This document shows, one piece after another, positions 55,811 through 64,000 of a DNA stretch of 64,000 nucleotides. The DNA comes from Octopus vulgaris. Lineage: Eukaryota. Under the pieces are notes generated by a model that did not search any database, was not told where the DNA came from, and was given only the letters and a program-made list of their open reading frames with translations. The stretch lies in contig OX597833.1 of assembly GCA_951406725.2 (NCBI GenBank), forward strand, positions 68,386,001 through 68,450,000, given 5' to 3'. Made by a program: the position numbers and the translations under genes. Position 1 is the first letter of the stretch; each line of letters opens with the position of its first letter.

Positions 55811-56964
55811 ATTCCTATAACTTGACTATTTGATAAACATATGCAGCCTTTCATAAATACATAATTCAAATATCGATCAAATTATATCAGCATTGCGAAT
55901 AACAGTATTGATTTACTTTGGACAACACATAAACACCAATCAATCGTTTAAAGTAACATATAGAGCTATAGATTGTGTAAATGGAATAATATTCCCACAT
56001 TAGGGACGGTGCTACAGTTACCACACAGACAGACACAAACACACAGACACACACACTGACACACATACACATTAACACACACATACGAACACAAGCACAA
56101 ACAGACATACACAAGCACAGATACAGACACACAGAAACGCATTCACTCACACAAACATACACACGCACCCCACCCGATAAAAAAATTTTTTATCAGCTCC
56201 CAAACAGAATGTCACACATCATCGCAAGGCAGACGCGGGTTCAGGGACCTATTGTCCACATTATATACGTTTTCTGAGTCTAGCATCCTTAAATTAGAGG
56301 GTACCACAGTGGTTGCGTTTGACCTAGTCCACCTCGATTATGCATTTCGTTATCTAATGTATTATTTTAAATTTAAGATGACCCCTTGTGATTTCAAGGC
56401 GGTCTCATTGTTAATCACAGAATGTCAATGAACTGCGTAGACTTAGTTCATCACCCTGTTGAATACCATATCTTGTTTCCTTCTTTGTTTTATGCAAGCA
56501 TTGAGGCTAATTCTTCTATCTGCAAATATCAGCTGAAACACAGATCAGTCCAGTGAGTTCTGGGTATAGAAAAGGGATCACACACACATAGAAAATACAC
56601 AAACATGGACATGCGAGCACATGAATATGCAGGATACATACAGAGGCACACACATACATACATACATATATACATATGCATACACACACACATATACATA
56701 CATATGCATACTTACATACACACGTACATGCATGCATAGGCACACACACACACACACACACACTGACCCACACACATGTACACAAACAAACAAACAGGAA
56801 CGCAGTGCAAGTAACGGTCAGAGTCGAGAAAAATAAGTGGAAATTTTACCGGTGAATTATTTTATTCAGAAAAAGAAAATGACTCTCCCCAGACACAACA
56901 GAATATGCTTCAACACACGAACTCATATAAAGAATCTTGCAAACCAAATCCCCAAGCGAAATTT

Positions 56965-57014
<50 letters not shown>

Positions 57015-57062
57015 TTGTTATAGAAGGTTTGGAGATGATTTTTTTTTGTTTTTTTTTTTTTG

Positions 57063-57281
57063 TACTTGTTTCAGTCATTTGACTGCGGCCATGCTGGAGC
57101 ACCGCCTTTTAGAGTGGTGAAAGAGTAAAGCAGGGATCACCACATCCCGCCGGAGCCTCGTGGAGCTTTTAGGTGTTTTTTTCGCTCAATAAACACACAC
57201 AACGCCCGGTCTGGGAATCGAAACCGCGATCCTCCGACCGCAAGTCCGCTGCCCTAACCACTAGGCCATTGCGCCTCCACC
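57063..57281 (-). mobile_element. Chimeric SINE: family D head and body joined to a family A tail
   Basis: Minus strand: family D sequence up to ...TACTCTTTCACCACTCT, then AAAAGGCGGTGCTCCAGCATGGCCGCAGTCAAATGACTGAAACAAGTA and an A-rich tail. Confidence 0.8.
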
Positions 57282-57394
57282 ATGATGTACATGTATTTTA
57301 TATTAGAAGAAATGAGGTACTCAGAGATTCGGATGATTTTATATTTACATATATTTATTTGTATATAACATGCTTTTATACATCATATAGCATA

Positions 57395-57435
<41 letters not shown>

Positions 57436-58095
57436 GCACATATATAAGTATACACATATATACACATCGTACATATCCACGCAAACACACACATATATGT
57501 TTATTGAGAGAAAGAGAGAGAGACAGAGAAAAGCTACAATAGGATTATTTTAGCGACGTGTCACTGCAGAATTCCAAAGAATACAACAGATATTGATTAT
57601 TGGTATCGCAAGAACAAAGTTGTGAAACATAGAATAATCAAGTGTTTATCGCAAAGATAATCAAGTCTGCCTCATATTACACGATTTATAATTAATATTA
57701 ATAACTGCTTCGCCAGTTAATATTAATATTACTTGCATTGTCAAATTAATATTGTATTGCCAATATATTTTCATCTTAATTATCCTTCCTTCACTTCGTA
57801 TTTCTCCTTCTCTCTTCGTTCGCTTCCAATGTTTCTGTCTTTATGTCCAACTTAGGTTTTATTCTTTCCCTCATTTCCGAAGTCAACCCTCCCTTAGTTA
57901 TACAGATATATTAAATTCGAAATTCCTGTGCATTCAACTATTTCCTGTTTTTGCGTGAATTAAGTATCGTATACGCAAATTCTTTTATAGGCAACTAATA
58001 TGTGGGCAATATTGACTGTTTACGAAATATGTTTAAATTTTACAAGTACACACATTGACAAAACGGTCGTAAATTCTGACGACGTATATATAGAG

Positions 58096-58314
58096 CAGTG
58101 CTTTTCAACCTTTTTGCTGGAGCGGAACCCCAAGGAAACATTCCACTGGCTCCAGGAAACCCTGTGCAATAATTTAATAGTCTTATGCACACATATCTGC
58201 TCAGGAGCATTAAAAATTACTGCCGATTTTAGCAGTTTTGTAACTTCTTGCAGAACCCCTGGACTGTACTGGCGGAACCCTAAGGTTTCGCGGAACCCTG
58301 TTTGAAAACCACTG
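58096..58314. mobile_element. hAT (Charlie-like) MITE
   Basis: TIRs CAGTGCTTTTCAA and TTGAAAACCACTG. Perfect 8-bp TSD ATATAGAG at 58088-58095 and 58315-58322. Repeated subterminal GGAACCC motifs. Confidence 0.9.
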
Positions 58315-58411
58315 ATATAGAGAAACACAAACACATACATACACCACAGAACACAAATACTGTTGCGCATGTAAAAGCACCAGTATGAACGATATACGTG
58401 TTTGAATAAAA

Positions 58412-58640
58412 GGCAGCGAGCTGGCAGAAACGTTAGCACGCCGGGCGAAATGCTCAGCAACATTTCGTCTGTCGCTACGTTCTGAGTTCAAATTCCGCAG
58501 AGGTCAACTTTGCCTTTCACCCTTCGGGTCAATAAATAAAGTACCAGTTACGCACTGGCGTTGATGTAGTTGACTTAATCCCTTTGTCTGTCTTTGTTTG
58601 TCCCCTTTGTGTTTAGCCCCTTGTGGGCAATAAAGAAACA
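58412..58640 (+). mobile_element. SINE family C, full length
   Basis: Head GGCAGCGAGCTGGCAGAAACGTTAGC, B-box-like GAGTTCAAATTCC, central block, and tail AGCCCCTTGTGGGCAATAAAGAAACA. Confidence 0.92.
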
Positions 58641-59036
58641 GGAGTGGCTGTGTGGTAAGTAGCTTGTTTACCAACCACATGGTTCCGGGTTCAGTCCCAC
58701 TGCGTGGCACCTTGGGCAAGTAACTTCTACTATAACCTCGGGCCGACCAAAGCCTTGTCAGTGGATTTGGTAGACGGAAACTGAAAGAAGCCCGTCGTAT
58801 ATATGTATATATATGCGTATGTGTGTTTGTGTGTCTGTGTTTGTCCCTCTAGCATTGCTTGACAACCGATGCTGGTGTGTTTATGTCCCCGTCACTTAGC
58901 GGTTCGGCAAAAGAGACCGATAGAATAAGAACTGGGCTTACAAAATAATAAGTCCCGGGGTCGAGTTGCTCGATTAAAGGCGGTGCTCCAGCATGGCCGC
59001 AGGCAAATGACTGAAACAAGTAAAAGAATAAAAGAG
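58641..59036 (+). mobile_element. SINE family A, full length, abutting the family C copy
   Basis: A box TGGCTGTGTGG, B-box-like GGTTCAGTCCC, and GCCTTGT.AGTGGATTTGGTAGACGGAAACTGAAAGAAGCC (Nin/Deu-like as recalled). CR1-like tail and (TAAAAGAA)-type end. Confidence 0.92.
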
Positions 59037-62000
59037 TATATATATATATGAATCGTTTCTCAAATTGACAGCAGAAATATTTACCACTGGAATAAATTCA
59101 AAATTAAACATGATGCAAAACTAAGAATATAATGATGGAAATTTCATTTTGCGCCGCTGTCTTTTTATAATATTTTTTCCCGCAAATATTTATTGATTAA
59201 AAACCAGGAAACGAAGGACAGTTTTAAAGCATCCAGTTATTTTTAAGTCACATTTTTGCAGAAATTATCAAAAACCAACTTCTATCATAACGTTCGCAGT
59301 CAGTCTTTTTTCTTTCATATTTTTTTTTCTTTTATATTGGTTCCGAACTAATGTGTACATTACTCAGTTATCAAATAGATGGATGGAATGTTCTAGCAGA
59401 CATTACGTTTAGCGAACGGCATCGACTAGTTTTCATACACAGCTGCTTCTAATACATTACCAGCTATTAGGCATAGTTTTCTCATTACATATACTTATGT
59501 GACATAAACTATTTGATAGACTAGCAGGGAAGGCCTAAAAGTCGATAAATTTTCGCTGCAATGGAATTATCTCCTTTTCTCTTTTTCTTTCTTATTATCT
59601 GGGAATGAATGGATAATATCTATGCCAATGTTATACTTATGTTCACATTTTTTGCGATGTCTAATCGCAAGGGACAGGTTTCGTTATTTTCCATTTTATA
59701 TATATATTCCTGTTTTATTGTTTTCTTTACAATTTACGTATATTTATTTATTTCTTGATTCATTCTCCGTATATCTATATAAGACTAAATATGTGTTCGA
59801 CTGAAAAATTACTGTACAAAAAAGAAGAGATTAAAAGAATATACTGAATAAAGGACGAGATTTTTTTCTTTGATAATCTGTCCTTCTGACTGTGTGGTTA
59901 TAATGTTTTTTGGAGGAAGAAATTCATTTTTACACGGTTATTAACGTTAATATTCTTCAAGAGATAACTCTCCTTCATTCTAATGTAGAACGTTAAAAAA
60001 AAAGAGAAAGTATGTGATGGCATTCACCTGCAAAATGGCTTTTGCTTTCCAAAGAATATTCAAGAAGAAATGATTAAATAAATAAATAAATAAATAAAAA
60101 GCATAATTCAATTTTGAACAACACAGATGAAATAGAATTGTTCGATAAAAATAATTAGTGATTTGAAACACGCGAGTCTCTAATTTATCACAGCATAGTA
60201 ATCAAGAGACGAAATGCAATTCCGCGCTGGCCAAGTCGATAGCGGGCTAAATTCTCCCACTTAGGTTAAGTGTCTTGTGTGTTGTATTTCTTATTGCTTC
60301 TCTGTCGATTTCACCTCAAGTTACCTCTTATCATGTCGTGCTATGATGAAACCATAGCTATGACGATTATATTTAATTCTTTTATATTTTAAGATAGTGT
60401 AAAAAGAGTACCTTATCACTATTGTTTTTCATCTTAAAATACATCGTTTGTCTTCTTATTCAAGCGACTGCAACCGAGATATATCTCCCAATCCTCCGCC
60501 TCAAATACCTGTCCCTATTCCACCCCACTATTGGATTTTGATGTGCGTATTATTTCTGTGGGAACTGGTTATGTATAAAAAAAAATCCCTCAATCCATCG
60601 CTGTTAAATTCGAACTAACTCCTAGCAAACTCCTAGTCTGTGAAACTTTCATGGTTGATGACGGGTTGAAAATGATATTTCTTTCGCACAGAATATGTAG
60701 CATTAATTGTCTTGAATCATTAATCAAAATCGCACCGATGTCAAACGATACTTTCTTTTTCTTCGTGCTCCATAACATAATAGTTAATCAAATGTGGGGT
60801 GATGATATCAAAGAAACAACTCTTTTTTTTTTTGGTTTTCGGTAGGTGGGAACATCTTGAATGACCACAAAACGGTTTATTAATTTCCTTATGTTGTAGA
60901 CTTAAACTTCCAGTTGATTTAAAACTTCTATCCGGGTATTACTGGTTAAAACACTTTGCCAGCAGATTTTACATCTCAGAATTTCTTTCCAGCTTTCGGT
61001 AAATCTTGGAGGAGAGCAGCTTCCTTTACTTATGAATTCATGCATATAAATGGTGAACCCTGATCAATCAGACTACGGTCTTTAGCAAACTGAAATTGTG
61101 CCTGACAATCACGTCATTCTTTATACCTACGCCTGCATTATCTTAAGTGAACACTCTTACTTAAGATAAGTGTATGTGCGATTTTGAACAGACAAATAAT
61201 CGCTGCATCTTGAAGGTCGAATGGACGTGTGAATACTTCGTCACCGGCTCATTAATCTAATATGCTTACATTGTGTTAATGTCAATGTTTGTCCGTTCTA
61301 TAAACACCAAATAGCAGTGCAGATGTATAGAATTTGTCGCAGGTAGAATTGACAATAGCAAACTTGAGATACCCAGCTGCATTAGACGACGCCAACTGTT
61401 TATTCGTGAGCTGATAATATTGTGTTGCATATTTAACGACCAACATATTTAAATATGTTAATATAGTCATTGAAAGATGCTAATGTTATGATATATACAA
61501 TGCGGAAATGTTATAATATAATGAAGTGATATTATAACATTGAGTATTTTGTATATCAAGGTATCAGAACCACGTTATGTTGGTAAGTGCATTGCTTGGC
61601 TTTAGCTAGTCCTGTATCTCAGTGCCAGATGATTTCAATGGCTGAAAATGAATGTGCATAAAGCGTATCAGGGATTATCAGCTCTACTCTACGTGATTTT
61701 ATATTGTAATGGAGTGCTTGGGATGTATAAAATTATGTAGAGTAAAATGTTAAACGGATAACAGAGGACTAAATGAATAAGTTGGAATATTGTTGACTCT
61801 ACTACATGAATAGCAGGCACAATTACGTGTGGTAACCATATATACGTTTACATAATTGTGGAAAACTGGTAGAATTTGCACGCCGGGGGAAATGCTAAGC
61901 GACGACCCATCCGGCGTTACGTTCCAAGATCAAATTCCGTTGACGTCCAATTTGTCTTTCATCCTTTCGTTGTAGATAAAATAAATATCAGTGGAATACT

Positions 62001-62940
62001 GGGGTTCATGTAATGGACTTAATCCCCCACCTTGCTGAGTGTTTCGAGGAAAGAGGCAGACCCTCCGATTAAGAGATTCCCACACATGCAAATATACACA
62101 AATAGACGCACTTACATCTCTGTCTTCATATATGTAATCATTTCTGTTGACACTATGCATCATATCCTTATATACGTGTCAGTGGTGGGGAGGCTGTGCA
62201 GATGAATATAATAAGTATGTACGCATACATATATAAGTTGGACACATATAAGCATGTATACAGATTTCTTATATGTATGTATATATGCATATATGTATGT
62301 AGTTATATATGTATGCATGTGTGTGTAAGTGTATTTGTAGAAGCTGAGCGAAATATTGTGAGCAAAGTAAAGCTAGCGAGAGAACGAAAGCCAGAAGTAT
62401 AAAAGACAAAAAAATTATCTCACACGTTTTAATCTTCCTGGCTTCGTATCAACTCAGCTTTTCTTTTTTATGAGACATTTTCTGTCTTTTTATTCTATTC
62501 TATTATGTTATCATTTTGTCGATGAAATATCTTTAACCTTTCTTATCCCATGCCAAATACATAACGAGAGAAAGAGTTCATTATTCAAAATAATCTTCTG
62601 ATATAACAGGAAAACAAACAACAGAAAATTTCGTTGAAAGCAGACGACACCCACAAATATATATATATACTAAATCACCTCTTGTGTAGAAAGCGGATGT
62701 CATGTCAAAGTAAATTATTAACGAAATTTAACGTAACAGCATTTATATTCACATGGTAATTTATTCGGTGGAAGCTCTGGTAAGCTCTTTAATGGAAAAT
62801 TTATTAAATATGTAACCGAAAATGAGATTACTAGTTTTAATACATTTGTACATTTATACTACTACTCAATGTAGAATACTATTCTCCAGATACATTGTAT
62901 ACACATAGACATATATCTCCACACCTGCGCAGATAAATGC

Positions 62941-62991
<51 letters not shown>

Positions 62992-63020
62992 ATATATATA
63001 TATATTTTATATATATATAT

Positions 63021-63070
<50 letters not shown>

Positions 63071-63075
<5 letters not shown>

Positions 63076-63290
63076 TCATTAAAATCTAGATTCAGTTGAA
63101 TATGGTACTTAAGTTAAAGGCACCACAATTTAGTATAGCATTATCAATATAATTCAAAATGGGGTGATTACAACCAAAATAAGCAACAAGGATATCCAGA
63201 GGTAATGCAGTACGATCGTTTCATGCGACTCCATTTAATTGAACAATGTAAATATTACATCAAATTTTCCGTCCATATTTCAAAAGATTT
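63071..63290 (-). mobile_element. Probable Penelope-like terminal relic with the 3' half of a hammerhead motif
   Basis: Begins at a (TA)n tract. The minus strand has GAAA-CGATCG-TA-CTGCA (63222-63206) with palindromic stem III ACGATCGT. No CTGANGA half is retained. Confidence 0.4.
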
Positions 63291-63964
63291 CTACTGCAAA
63301 ACTTAGTTGCAGAATATATTATTTTCAAGCCTAATTTGACGTTGTGTTTTATACCGATGGCCCAGAAGCATAACCTTTATAATTAGTTATCGTTTTTTAA
63401 ACTACATATCTATAAATCACATAGACCGTTCACTGCTATTTCGGAAATTACGGTGAATGAAACGTATGGCGGAGAAGTGCAAATTTCGTTCACTTTCATC
63501 TTACGTACCTTAAGGAAAATGAACTTGGTATGAGGAACGTAGATTTCAGTTCAGTTTCGCGGTAACAATGTTCGAATATTGCATTGCATTAGCAGTGTTA
63601 ACACTAAATACAATGATTACAGTTCATGAGAAGGAAAAAATACTTCAAATATTTCATAGCTAAGAATATAATAACAGAGATTTAATAACAACTACATCAA
63701 AAATGTATATGAAATGCATTCCACAAAATCAATTTTTGCAAGTCTTTCGCTAAGAGGCTTATGTATAATTATTTCTATCCTTTATCTGCAAGAAAAACAT
63801 TTATAAGTGCATATGTTGAAAAGTATAGTCATGCATACAATCATATATGCGATAAAGTGTGTATCTGCATATAGAAATTTGGATATTCATATATATATAT
63901 GCATGTGTGTATATGTATATATATATATATGTATATGCATGTATATGTACATAGGTATTTATAT

Positions 63965-64000
<36 letters not shown>

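Overview
AT-rich, microsatellite-saturated animal DNA, intronic or intergenic. The SINE families and repeat landscape look like octopus (coleoid cephalopod); this is inferred from recalled repeat motifs, not from a search. No host protein-coding gene can be confidently called, and almost all listed ORFs are microsatellite translations. Supported content: (1) a 5'-truncated, frameshifted CR1-type LINE (11.0-13.5 kb); (2) two nearly identical 5'-truncated Tx1/L1-type LINE copies sitting in one (TATC)n array (46.4-49.1 kb); (3) three R4/Dong-type LINE 3' ends; (4) mariner relics and a hAT MITE with a perfect 8-bp TSD; (5) five tRNA-derived SINE families, labelled A-E here; (6) compound minisatellites. 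The most notable observations are minimal hammerhead-ribozyme motifs in fold-back, Penelope-like repeats, including a candidate with a swapped G3-C8 core pair; SINE multimers that restart at one fixed hairpin-loop position; SINE 3' tails matching the Tx1 and CR1 LINE tails in this same window; and recurrent short inverted duplications at (TA)n tracts.
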